Assembly: GCA_023920165.1 (NCBI GenBank)
Contig: CP089281.1
Coordinates: 806,001 to 870,000, forward strand
Length of the DNA stretch: 64,000 bases
Source: Curvularia clavata
Lineage: Eukaryota
Reading direction: 5' to 3'
Below are positions 1 to 12,700 of this stretch, in pieces. Below the pieces are notes generated by a model. It searched no databases and had not been told where the DNA came from. It worked only from the letters and a program-made list of their open reading frames with translations. The translations under genes were made by a program, and so were the position numbers. How positions within the stretch are numbered: the first letter of the stretch is position 1; each line of letters begins with the position of its first letter.

Positions 1-2
1 AA

Positions 3-464
3 AAGGCACGGAAGGTCTGGGTGACCGTCGACACTTCGCCAGATAAGTCGTTCCTTGCAAATTGCAAAGCATGTCAGACTGGCAAACGATATAACGAATG
101 CTACAATGCTGCAAGCCACCTCCGGAGGATGCATTTCCATCCGCACAAACGCGGTGAGAGAAAGATGACTGCAGCAGAGGCCCGAAGGGGCGGCAAGCCT
201 GGCGACTTGGATCCTCCTATGGATGTACTGAAAGCAAACTGGCTTCGAGAGGTGGACGAGATAGTCGAAGATGAAAATGAGCCAGGAGAAGAGAACGCAA
301 CAAATGCATCGTTGTCGCCTCCCCAGATGGTATCGCCGCAGACGCAGATGCAGCAGCAGCCTGCATCCAATAAGTCGGATGGCCAGGCGCCCCCGACACC
401 AACCACGCCGTCTACTCGGTCCATGGCAATAGACAGCATTGTCGATAAGGTGGATGCATCCTGA
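3..464 (+). CDS. 5'-partial protein, C-terminal Cys/His domain of the fungal 'key lime pathogenicity protein (KLAP1)-like' putative zinc-binding family
   Basis: Frame is open from the window edge: KVWVTVDTSPDKSFLANCKACQTGKRYNECYNAASHLRRMHF...PPMDVLKANW. This resembles the KVWxCxD..FLANCKAC..Y.A.YNAAAHLRR.HF motif as I recall it. Stop TGA at 462-464. Confidence 0.6.
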   Translation, partial: KARKVWVTVDTSPDKSFLANCKACQTGKRYNECYNAASHLRRMHFHPHKRGERKMTAAEARRGGKPGDLDPPMDVLKANWLREVDEIVEDENEPGEENATNASLSPPQMVSPQTQMQQQPASNKSDGQAPPTPTTPSTRSMAIDSIVDKVDAS

Positions 465-1373
465 GCCCAATGCGCTCACTGGGTGGGGCACCGACAGCAG
501 CAGCCAGAGTCGAAGAAAGACTACGAGGAGACATCTGGCTTGACGAGAGTACAACTACTACGCATACTCGTTGCAAAGCGTCTTGCCACCAGACAATTCT
601 TGGCAGATACAGCGACCTTGTCGGTTGAAGGAGGAACAGAAGCAATGCTGCAAGATAGTGTTGCTCAAATGCACCGAGCAAACCACCGAACTACGAGCAG
701 GGATACTGGGGTCGGCCATTCGGTCAATGTTCAGGTCGTTGATCTGCGGAGGACGTTTTGGTGTTCAAGGCGTCGAGTGGTGGGGAGGAGACGATTATCT
801 AAGGGAGCCAGCCAGAACCGAAAAGGCGTCCCATCCAATAGCGTTTGTAATTCTAGTCTGAAGCTGCGCGTTTGTGTATGTTCCAGTTCTAGGACAGTGC
901 TTTAGAATGTGAGACGGTTACTCTTTACGTATGATTTGCGTCATGCATATGGTAGTAGTAACAGAGGGCGATGCTGTAGACGAGTTGACAAGAAAAGGAT
1001 TCGTGAGCATAGTTTTTTTCCATGTGTACACGTGCCCAAGGGCAACGCAAAAGGGCGCATACGGCTATTTAAGTCAAAAGGACAGATGATGTGAAGTGCA
1101 ATTAAGACATGTGTCGATCGACGAAGGGTAGTAGCGGGTCCTGGGTCGGTACTCCCGCCAAACCGGGCTCGTGCGCAACAATTTGTCTTCTGCATCGCCG
1201 CCCATGCCCACAACGTTACCCACGCAGTCTTCCATTTGGCAATGGTCATCTCATCTTCCATTCGTATTCATAAACCGACTTGTTAGCGCTGTGAGAAAAG
1301 GCACATGCCATCTGTGGTAGATACCGTGGATTGAAGAGTACGTCAGGCCCGAGGAGGCGCATGCAAGCAAGCG

Positions 1374-2822
1374 ATGTCCTTCCGACGAGTGCATGGCAAC
1401 TATGTCAATCTGGGGAGACTATACAGCATCCCGCCATGGGGCACTGTGCCACCATATGGGCTGGCTGGGCCCCAGAAAAACCCTGTAAACCTTGGCAATC
1501 TGTACTCTAACAGCCAATCCAAATACCCTTCTGGATGGGCGTATTTCGAAGATGGCTCCATTTTTATACTGCCCCAAGGATGGTGCTCTCACGATACTTT
1601 GGAGGCACGTATGAAAATTTTAGCGCATTTTGTAAGAAGTCCTACACCGAAGATGCAGCAGATACGCGCCACGAGAACGCCCATGAAGCGTTTCGTCATT
1701 ATCGAGTAAGTCGCGCTGCTGTCTCGCCATGCATGCGGATGCGCTAACTTGAACATCAGCAAAAACGGCAGTGGTATACGCGAGAACATGCTCCGGATCC
1801 TGGCCCGCAATGCTCAAGATGGGCAGACAGTGTCTGTCGCTGACCCGCGATTTGAGAAAGTCGAGCTCAGCCTCGACCCCACTGGAACCCGCCCAGTCTC
1901 TGCTCGATTTAGTGACGCTCTTCAGTTGAGGTATGAGAACAGACTGCGGAATAGTCAAGCCTTGCAGACTTTTCGGGGAACTTTGGTTGACGGTGTTCTG
2001 CAACCTAATGTCCGCCTGGGGAACGGTCTACGACTATCGGATAAGCCCGAGATTTTGGAACCGCAAATAACAGAAAAGAGACGGAAACAGAACCGTGAAG
2101 CCACAAAACGCAGCGAGGGCGCGGGTTCGTCCTCAGAAACATCTGCAAAGTCGCCGCGCCAGGCAAATGTGTCGTCTGCGAAAAAGGTTGCACGAACTGA
2201 GCGCCCAAACAAAGCTATCCCTCCGCCACGAAAGAGCTTTGGAGATCTTGAAGTTGAGAAGCGAGAGGCTCAGGTAGCTCAGAGGGAGCGGGAGCTCATG
2301 CGACTCCAGCAACAACTACTGCGGGCATTGCATGCCCAAAGCGCACAGCTATATCAGGGCAAACGTAGAAATACAGTGCGACAGCTAACACACGAACCTC
2401 CTAAGATAGGCGCTAAAGCCGAACCTGATCCCAAGATTGCAGATATTGAGGCACGGGAACGAGCACTCGAGCAGAAGGAGGAGCTCTTACGATACAAACG
2501 CAAGACCTGGCTGCTAGAACAGAAGCTTGCACAGGCTACAGCACGTTCTCCGCCTCAACGTAGATTCTCCAACCCCAAGGTGGACATGCAAGAGCGCGAA
2601 GCAGGTGTCTATGAAGAACGCGATGGAGGTGTCTATCAAGAGCCCGAACCAGATCACGAAGCCGCTCAAGACTCATCCTATACTGATCCAAATAACGAGC
2701 AGCTCAGCGGCTTCAGCCTTCACGACACACCACCACCGGAGGCTCTTGAGAATCTAAGATCCCGCATACGACTTCCTACGAGGAGGATGATGCGGTCGAG
2801 TCGGAAGCCTGGGTATCGATGA
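1374..2822 (+). CDS. Hypothetical protein (~464 aa) with a basic, coiled-coil-rich C-terminal half
   Basis: ORFs 1374-1709 and 1749-2822 join in frame through a canonical intron at 1706-1759 (GTAAGT...GCTAAC...CAG). No recognisable domain. Confidence 0.6.
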
Positions 2823-4677
2823 GCTGAGATTCGTTGGCGTCGAATCCTCATGAACAGACTATCGTTTCGGTGTGTTCGATGCGATTATAATCGTGCTCCA
2901 CGAGTGAAGCTTCACCCAATCTTGGGCCGACTTTCGCAAACCAAATCACACACTCATCCCCTATGAGCGAACTCAATACATTAAGCAAGATTTGGTAGTA
3001 CAAAGGCCATCGAATCCTTTTCTGCCCAACCAATGTATACTGCCATACTACTGTACTATAAATCGACACTCAAACAATAAAGATAGATACCCTGTAAATA
3101 CGCGTGCACTGGCATGGTAAAGAACCAATACCTCGTATAACATAACAACTACCCCATATTCCCCATCATATTCTTACGCCTTCGCAGGTGATCCCGTGCT
3201 GAAGCTCTCACATACTTACCCTTTGTTCAAAAACCCTCTCTTCCGCTTCCATCCCAGCTGTCTTGCACCCTTCTCTCCCTCTCTCCCATCCACCTCACAC
3301 CAACACTCCATCAATCGCACAATCGTGGCGCCCCGACGAAGCGCCGAAAACAAGAATATATCTGCATATGTGTATGTATTCACTATACATGTGCGCGTCT
3401 CATCGTACGACTTTTTGACGTGGAGGGTGGGCTTGGCTTCTTAGGCTTCTTGGTATGCGTTTTTTTTTCTTTTTACATGTTTTCACTCCACCTTCCTTTT
3501 AGGCTTTACGGACTTTCGGTGATGGGTTGAGATTAGGTTTGAAGAGGTGGTGAGATCGAGATCTCTGTAATTGTGTGCAAGGGATTGAGGTAGATGGTGG
3601 GGCGGAAGAGAGTGGGGGGTTTGAACGGTCAGGAATTAGGGAGTGGTGAATAGTGTTTTTTGATGGTCGCTCTTGTCTTTGTTTTTGGGTAGAGATGTTT
3701 TCATTGATGTTTTCTTTTATGACCAGGTTTCTTTTTCCAGGAGGGAAATCGCATGTTTTTTGTCTTAGGGCTTGGCTATGGCATTGGAATGTTCTTGGGA
3801 TTAGGGTGGTGATGCGGGATGTTCGGCGATGCCGAAGTTTGCGCTCTTGAGACGGGGAGATGTGGGGAGGTGACACGAGGAGGATGGGTTCGGGTGTGTC
3901 GATCATCGGGTGGAAAGGGAGATCGCTCAAACATGACATGCAGAATTTAGCAATCTGGAGGCAACGTAGTAGTATACCTATAGATTCTACATCTTAACTT
4001 GGCACCAAGCAGCACCGTCTTAGCCTGGAGCAAAGTAAGCAATACCAAGCAAAGCAAAGCAGACTTGGTCGTGCAATGGCTCAGCCTCATTTCCCCTAAA
4101 CTTTAGCGTTGGTCTTGTTTGTCTGGGGTGGTGGGGCTTTTTTCACTTTTTTTTACGACGGCGGCGGGGAAAAGGGGGAGGGGAAGGGATTCCGACAGGT
4201 TTGAGTCGTGTAGGTGTAAATCTTTGATATTCTTGCGGGCACTAGGGGATGCTACGGATGCTCTTTTTTAGTTTCTTTTAGCGCTAGAAGAGCTACATTC
4301 TGTTGTTGTTTCGTTGTGTTGTTGGTTGTTCGTCGTTGGATGTGCAAGCGAAATGGAAATTTCACATGCCTGTTCAACTCAGTTGCTCGCTTGTGGTCGA
4401 ACACCTCGGTCTTTCACTCGTGTGCAAGAACTGGGCATTGCACGTATACCGATTTTCCCCTTTTTTTCAATTGTATTCTGTTTATTGGACGTGCCTATTC
4501 TGTTAGGGGGTATCTATATGGTATGTAGATTTCCTGTCTCGGCGGACAATGCGTTGTACAATGTCTGGAACGAGGAAACGAATTAGGAAAAATAATTACG
4601 TATGGGTCGCGTCAGTGCCGCGCAATGGGACCTGATACCTATTTTTAAGTGTACAGGATGAATGCTGAGAGCTAAGC

Positions 4678-6108
4678 TCATCGCAGTGGTTGAACGTTAG
4701 TATCAAGCCATTCTTGCGGCAGTGGTGACCCTCCTAATCCCCTGTCATCTGCCGTTTCGACATGTACACTGGTTTCAGTGACGATATTGATTGCATGCCC
4801 TGTTGGCATTGGCTTGATGATGGAGTCTTGCGACCCTGTTCGTGTGTAGCTGTCTTCATCGTACTCCATGTCATCGTTGTGTGATCGCGTAGCATAGCTA
4901 CGTGTGCCGCGAGAGTCAACTATGTGCGATATCTTTTTCCTTCCACCGGTGATTGTGATAGTACGTGAGGTCGAGGTGGGCTCCTTGGCATTCATAGAAT
5001 GGAGGTCGTAGTCACCTGGACGCGCAGCATTGGGGTTTGTTGCCGTAGCAGTCCTGTTGTAATGTCCTGTGCTCAAGTCTCCCGACACCAATACTCGTCT
5101 CGTCAGAGCATACAGGAGTGCATCGATCCATCCACAGGACGTAAGCAGACAGCCTGCGATGACGAAGAAGACGTCCGGGATATCATGACCTGTCATGACG
5201 ACCATACGCCCTACGGCAAGAGGTAGGGTTAGGATGACATAGACGGTGGGATACAGGACCATGAATTTGGTTGCCCGCGAAAGCTTGCTGGTGTTGTTTG
5301 CCACGACACTTCGAATGCGACCGCGTAGGTGAAAAAACAGATGCGCATAGATGGTAATTGTACCAAACTCGACAATGAAGATCCAAAGATAGTGTAGCCA
5401 GAGGCGCTCATCTTGATAGTCGTGTGAGACCCAACACTGTTACGCGTCAGTCCCAGGTTTTTCTCAAGACTTCGAAACAACAAGCAAACTTACCCATCCT
5501 GCAGCGCGAGAGAAGTACTGGTCTCTATGCATAGCCGGTCCCAGCACGGTAAGGAATAGCGCAAAGAACCAGATAGACAAAATCGCCATTACAAACCATT
5601 TGTATGGCATCTTGTATCCTTTGACCACGCCTAACCAAGTGTGTATAGCGATTGCAAGCACAAAGAAACCGCTCGAGACATCTCCGATTTGGAGGAACCA
5701 AGCCTGGATGAAGCATGCTCCCGTAGGCGCCAGAATCTTGTCGATTTTGAGCCAGTGGAATGATATGGAGAAGGCGACCGATTGCTGAAGATCAGCCAGT
5801 AGCAGGTTGTAGATGAGAATGACATATTGGTTGTAGCCGACGTATTGCTTGTAATGTTTTCGCCACGATATCATTCGCTGGGTGATGAAAGCAAGCAAGG
5901 CGGTAACAGATACCAAGCTCATGGTCGCAAATATGCCCAGAGGAACCAGACCTGCTTTGTAGATAGGCGTGAGAGGGTCTAGTGGCAGAGATACAGGTCA
6001 GTGTGACTCAGCAAATCGGTGCGTATATTACATACCCATACTATTGGGAGCTGCAAAGCGGTCCGCCCCAGGTGCTCGTGGTTCGAGAGAAGAGAACATG
6101 TCGGCCAT
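4678..6108 (-). CDS. Git3/Gpr1-like 7TM G-protein-coupled receptor
   Basis: Exons 6108-6036, 5978-5494 and 5436-4678; introns 5979-6035 and 5437-5493. Motifs LIYNLLLADLQQS, CFIQAWFLQIGDVSS, AAGWCWV, MVLYPTVYVILTLPLA, GWIDALLY. Confidence 0.85.
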
Positions 6109-9100
6109 GTTGTAGGATGATGTGCTCCCAATCCTAACAGAGTCGCTCACGATGAAGCAGGAAGATACTCGTGCTTTTAGCTCACCAGAACACCATGATC
6201 GGCAGTCAGAAAACCTTCGATTGTTCTAGTGAAGAATGAGTTTCGTGTGTTGTGTAGATCCAGCCGAGGGCTCCAGTGGCCCTATGCTTGATAGGGACTG
6301 ATAGGGAAGGTTTGATAGCAGACGTTGTACGTCGCTGTGAGGGCAGAGAAGATTGTTGACACTAGGGAGATTTCTGTCAAAGTATCCCAGAGAATGGGGA
6401 TTACGGGAAATATCAAATATCGCCCAAAAGCTAGTTGGGTGGAGTCAGGTGCCCTGTTAAGGAATCGGGTCCTCGGAGACAAGGGGATCAGCCAACAGAC
6501 CTGCTGCACCAGGTAAAACGGACATGCAGGCGCACCAGCCCTGACATGTTTACTGGGTCTGGGGTGCTTGACGATCGCCGAGACAGCAGGGCGCTACGCA
6601 TGCAGGGTTGAGGAGCGTACGTCGAGTTCGCGTTGGTGCCCCTCGTGTCGTCTGCTCCCCTTCCACTTCTAACGCCCATCGACATCAACAGCCGAGAACA
6701 TGCCCCGTATTAGGTATAGCCATCCTTTTCTAAGATGTAGAGAATATACCAGCAGGACGCCATATTCCCTTGTTTGTTCAGTGAGGCGTAACAGTGACGC
6801 AAAAGCAATGCACATAGACATGACTTGAAGCAAAGAGCAAAGTGTCGGCTTGTCAGAGATGTGGCGGGACGTTGTTGTTGATCCTGTTGGACGTAAGACG
6901 GGATAGGGTATGAACAACAGCCCGCCACCACGTGGAGCACGGCCCTGACATGGTTACGGATGGCACCTGTGAGGCTCGTCTGTGCAGACACCGAAAGCGA
7001 GCAAGATTGTCAGTGCCACAAAGCCGTGGCATCCGCTCCTCTCCGTATGGATGCGTACGCCATCAGTGGATCCTGCTTACAATGATTTGCCCTCGAGACG
7101 GTCTGTCATGTTGGTCTTGATGTCGGTTAGGACTGTGCCGCAGCTTGTGCGGCCCGGTATCCTTTCAAACCAGCACCGTCGCACGCCGTCCGCGGTCAAG
7201 GCCGTCTCCGTCTTGCCGCGCTCCATTTGTGGGGAGGGAGGGGGGATGTTGGCAGCTGGCGTCTGTGGAGGATGCGACACTAGGAGCAGGCGGATAATCA
7301 CTAGCAAGCTATGCTCTAGCGGCTTTTAGTGCAAAGGGGGTACTGCGCCGACAAGACGGCGTCGTGCGATGGAAAAACAATTGTCCATAACGCCATTAGT
7401 TACGTGCTTCAAATCCGTGTCGATGCGTAATTTGACAGGGGCGAACTATCCACCACATACGCACATCTAGACCCGCCCGTCTTCCTCTTTGCACATGCTA
7501 GGTATTTGAGATTGGCAATTGTCCCCTGGTTACCGAGACAGACGACATGGCTCGCCTGAACGGCAGTATGTGTAGATCCGTATAGCTGACTATCTAATGT
7601 CAAAATCAGGCTGTTAGACGCGGTAAGATACGGCCAGGTGCTTGTGGTACGAGCTTGGATGCAGGTGCTCTACACCAGTCAAATTCCAGCTACACAATAC
7701 AGCCTCATACTCATCAAGATATCCGGCAACTACCTGAGCAATTGGTCTTGAGGGGTTGTGGAATGTTCTTAGAGATGTGATCAACGGGTGTTGAATGACA
7801 GCTACTGGGCCCGGCAGAAGACGCCGAGTGACGGTGCCATTACGAGTAACTTTAACTCAATGGCTAGTATACAATTGGTTTGGACTCCTAAAAGAAATCT
7901 TTCTGTCGACTCCACAAGGCAGAGACGCGGGACTGTCATGGTCACAGGATCTGCATACCCCTGCTCCGCACCCGAGTCGTCTAACCCAACCACTTGTCAG
8001 GGGTCGGCCAAACCGCGGGCTACCTTCTCATCTGGCTAGAGTAGTGCTGTGCATTATACCTACCCCAGGCTTGGCTTCCCCAATCCAAGAAATGGGGTTG
8101 AGCTTCGTTTCCAACAACCATGCTGGTTATGGTTGTGGACAGCAGACCCTTCTGTTGTGTCATTTCCCCGCGGACGGATCCAGAACACCTGTAGAACCAA
8201 CACCCAATATAAGAAGGGCCGAGACCTGTTGTCAAAGAAAGGAAAAGCTCCGAGAATAGACATCGCGAGGTCCGTACCACTATGTATGTTACTCCTGCCG
8301 GCCGACATGACAGGAACGCAACAACGGGATTCAATACGCTCCTGGAACTAGGGCGTACCGGACATGCTATAAGATACTCGTCGCCTGATCGGTGTGACCA
8401 CCAATAGCTCTTGTGGCATAGTTGTATATTACCGTCGGCACATGTAGCGGCTCATATCGCCTGCTTTGGTTGACAGAAGAATCACACCATCTTTGATATG
8501 TGAATGAAGGGGTTGTCTATACCAGATGATCGTAGAAAGAGTTGAGCAATGAAAAAAAGAAGCATCAACATCTTGGTATAATGTCGCCTTGATTCAGTAC
8601 CAGCCAGCGTTGGCTACATTCGCAACACTCAACGAATGATTACAAGATTAGCCGGTCATCCAACCTTTTCAGTCTGCCTGTCTTCACCCGCGGAACCAAG
8701 GCGCTGCCTCAGAGGTGGCGTCCGGATACGAGGCGGAGATAAGATTTTACCGGGACTCTGTCGTCGAGATCTCGATATGATCCCGAGCTGTGTCCTAGTA
8801 GCCGCCAGATCTCTCCCTGCAAGCGATCATGAGGGGTACATACTCATGCTCCCATGTCTGTTCCAACATGGCCTGGCAGATTAGCCTTTGCCGCACAACA
8901 TGGAGTAGCAGATTTGTCAGATGAAACCTCTCACGCCGCTATGCCAATCTCCACTTCGTGCTTCGAGTATAGGCGAACCGTCTCGGTATGGATTAGCAGT
9001 CTTGCTAGCACTTGTGGAGGGAGGCCTCGAGCTGGCCTGGGTGCCGAGAGCTAGTCTAGGTGCCGCGGCTTTCTGCGGTGATGCTCCTCGGAGAAGTATT

Positions 9101-9366
9101 CGGCTTTGCGAGATTTTAGTCATGGAATGTTCGGCACCAGGTTGAAGCATAACGCGCGACTCAGCATAGGCGAATATTAAGATCAATTAGATACTCCTGA
9201 ACTTGCTTTAGAGGCCTAGAATTCTACCAAATATAACAGTTACCAGGAAGGAATCTAAAGAATCTTTTTCACTGTTCTCGAACATAATGTAGAGTTCCGA
9301 GGAAAACAAAAAAAAAGTACACAAAGAAAGTAATGATGATGGTAAAGTATCAGGCGTTTTTGCGTC

Positions 9367-9372
9367 ACGCGT
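9367..9372 (+). promoter_or_regulatory. MCB-like element ACGCGT upstream of separase
   Basis: Exact ACGCGT about 370 bp upstream of the ATG. A single hexamer, so it could be chance. Confidence 0.3.
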
Positions 9373-9740
9373 AGTTTTTCAGCCTGGTGGATGGATACAT
9401 ATAGCCGTAACAAACTTCAACAAGTACAATGATATACCAACCAGAGTTGAAGACATGTTCTTGCTCAGATTTGGCTGGGTAGATGGATGTACGGTGTCGT
9501 TATTGAACTGGGACTGTTCCCTGCCAGTCATTGCGGCTCCGGCGCGGGAGCAGGCAGCGGTTTGTACTAACCGGATGCGGTAGCGTGTTGTTAGGGCGCA
9601 ACATGGCAGCCAAACATCTCAACTTCGACGACACGCATGAGAGCATGCATACCTACCAGCGCACACTGTCTTCTTAATAATGTATAATCTAAGCCCCTGC
9701 CAAAAGTAGCGCATACGATCATACCACGTACTCCCGAAAG

Positions 9741-12700
9741 ATGGCGCCAAAAGACGAAGCGCACACGCGTATCAGCAACATCAAAGCCGAACTCAGATCC
9801 ATCTCGACATGCACCAACGCCACAGTGAGCGCACTGCAGGAAATTCTCTCCAAGAAGGAAGAGGAGACGCACCAAAAGGAAAATGTCAAGAATAAGGCCC
9901 AGGCGACTGTGCGGAGGAGAGCTGGGACTGCTGCAACTACGACTGCGGCAGCTGCCGATGTTCAGAAACAGAAGACATACACAATCGCGGCTAGAGAGAA
10001 ATACATCCTCGCCACTGAAGTTGCAAACAAGACCCTTCAGATCCTCGCTGAGGCACTGAAGAACCCACCGCCCACAATCACTGCCCGACCCCCTTCCAAA
10101 TCGAAACCAACGCCCACCGAAGATACGCGCAAGCCAGCACGAGCACGGCCTGGCCATGCAAAGACGCCGTCTGTCTCACAAAAGCCTCTGCAAGAGCGGT
10201 CCGCCTCTCAAGTTCATAACTCGCCTCAGAAACGTGCCCCACGTCGCTCGTCGTCATACTCTTCATTTCTCGCCCCAGGCCCCGACCCAGGCCTGATCGC
10301 CACGGCTGAGTGCGCAAGGACGGCATTCACATATCTGGGTACGCAAGAAGCGACAAAAGTTCTGGGAAAAGACTCTCAGGAGCTGCAGTACGAGAATGGC
10401 GTTCTCGTGCTCATCGGGAAGCTTGTCGCACACGGCCTGGATACCATGGCTGTTAAGGAGCTGCGAACTTTGAAAAGGAGACTAGACCGATACATTGGTC
10501 GTGACTCCGGATCAGAGCTGTCAAAGAGTGCCTCGCAGAATTCTGGAACTACCGATAAAGAAAGCCTCGCTTCGCTTCTGGACTTCGCAGCCATAGACTC
10601 CAACAGCCTGGTTGTCCCATTGGTTGCAAACTTCCAAACGTACACATTACGCATCATCGCAAAGCTTAAGAGGCCTCGAACAATCGAAGACACTTGGGAA
10701 TTTTTGAAACTAACGAATCCTTCGTCACCCGCGAATCTGCTCTTGCACACTGCAAAATCTCCAGCCAGCCAGGCCAAGGCTGCAAGGCAACTCGAATCTT
10801 TGGCTCAGACCATTCTCTCTTTATGTCCGAGTGTTTCGAGCGCTGAAGATGTGAACACCTTGCAGCCCTCTGCAGAAAAGGTACTGCTTCTGCAACACTT
10901 GGCCTTTAGCATAAGGAAGAAGTGGTGGAGCCTCGTCGACCATCAAGGGGACAAGGATCAAGAGCTGTCGGAACCTTTTGCAAAATGCTTAACTGCTTTT
11001 GCTCGCAGGTCGCAGCTCGTGGATAGCAAGAAGTATAAGTTGGCCGAGACTTTGTTCACGGACCTGCTAGGATGGTCTGACGGCGCCACTGTGTCTCCGA
11101 GTGGCGCTCCTGCCTCTGCTACTGCAAGCAAGACTCTGTCGTCTCTTGCTCAGTCTGCAGGCTTGTCCAATCAGGCCCTTCGATGGCTAGGCTCTTCCAA
11201 CACCTCTTCCTCCAAAACCTCTGCCGCAAAGCAAGCAGCGAGGAAGATACGAATAGCTACCATTACTCTGGACTCATACATAAAGGGTGAAATGAAGGCT
11301 GATCTGGACGACGTGATGGCGGATGCCCTCAATGCCTTGGGCGGAAGCTTGGGCGGATCAGCGACAGATCTTGAGTCGCTGTTTGCCGAAGTAAATGCTC
11401 TGAGACGGGCGGCAACCAAATTTCTTGTGGCACGGCTGTCCAAGTCTTCAAGCGGGGCTGGGAAACTGGCTGTAGAACAACACGCTGTGCCTATCGTTGC
11501 TGCGAGCATACATTTCCTAGGAAGGTTTCTGGGTAATGCACGCCCACAGGGAGCTGATGCGAAAGCTCAGAGTCAACACCACGAGCGGGTCACTCTCGCT
11601 TGGAAGTATATGAAGGGCACCCTTGACTCCGTCATGGCGTGCTGTAAACAGACCATTAACGATGAAAACGAGTGGAAAGAACTGGACGCCCTTCTACAAG
11701 AATGCTCGCACGTTGTTCGTCGCTTTGAAGAGGAGGTTGGAGATGGGATTCTTTCGGACAAAGAGGCCCAGGCTCTGATTAGTTCGTACTTTATTAAATT
11801 ATCGAACGGCTATTGGGCTCTTTACCTGCAGCTACGAAGGTCACGCTACAGCTCCAGTACACTCTTTTTGGCTATGCGGCGCTCCATTGACCTCATAGAA
11901 TCCAGGGACCCATCTGAGCAAGAGAGTGGCCTTCTTCCAACGAAACTTGAGCAATTAGGCGAAGTGCTGGAAGATTTGAAACAAACGGAAAAATCTCGAG
12001 ACGCTTTTCGACGATGCATTCGAAGTCACCTTACTGCACATATCCTCCGACAACTTTCTGAATCTGCCGCAAAATCTTCTCTTTGTGCGACCTTCGCTGA
12101 AGATGGGCCACTGGGCACCGTTGCCCGAGTTTTGAAAGCTTATCATCATTCGTTCCTCAAGTTCGGCATTCAACAGCCAGATGAAATCGCATTCTTTGAC
12201 GATGACACGATCCAACCAGAGGCTAGAGGAGTCATCTTAGAGTTGCAGATAAGCTTTTACTTACGCACACTATCTAAGAACCGAAAGTGGGACTCAAATC
12301 TAGACAAGTCCCTCTGCAGCCTGATCGAACGATTGTATGAATTGTATATACCGGAAACATATCCCATTCGACGTCTTAGGCTATCTATCGCAGTCCTGCA
12401 GCTTTCACAGCACGATCCTCAAATTCTGTCTCAGCTAGTACAAATCTCTGGTTCCACATCGGATGACAAGACACCAGTAGATGGTTCTCAGGACGAAGGA
12501 CTGAAAGAACATCGAGCTCATCTGAAAGCGCTTCGTGACCTCAAATCTGCGATGCAGCAGCCTTCTCCTCCTGTATCAATTCTCAAAGAATGCTTCGGCA
12601 CGTGGGAATCTCTTGTTCACTCTTCATCTTCCTGGGAAACATTGAAAGATCGAATTGATGATACGGATGGTTGGTTACAAGACCTTCAAGCCTGCCTTGA

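Noticed and set aside
6200..9700. Many short ORFs in the long GPCR-separase divergent intergenic region
   Set aside because: No recognisable domains, codon pattern or consistent splice structure; treated as promoter/UTR.
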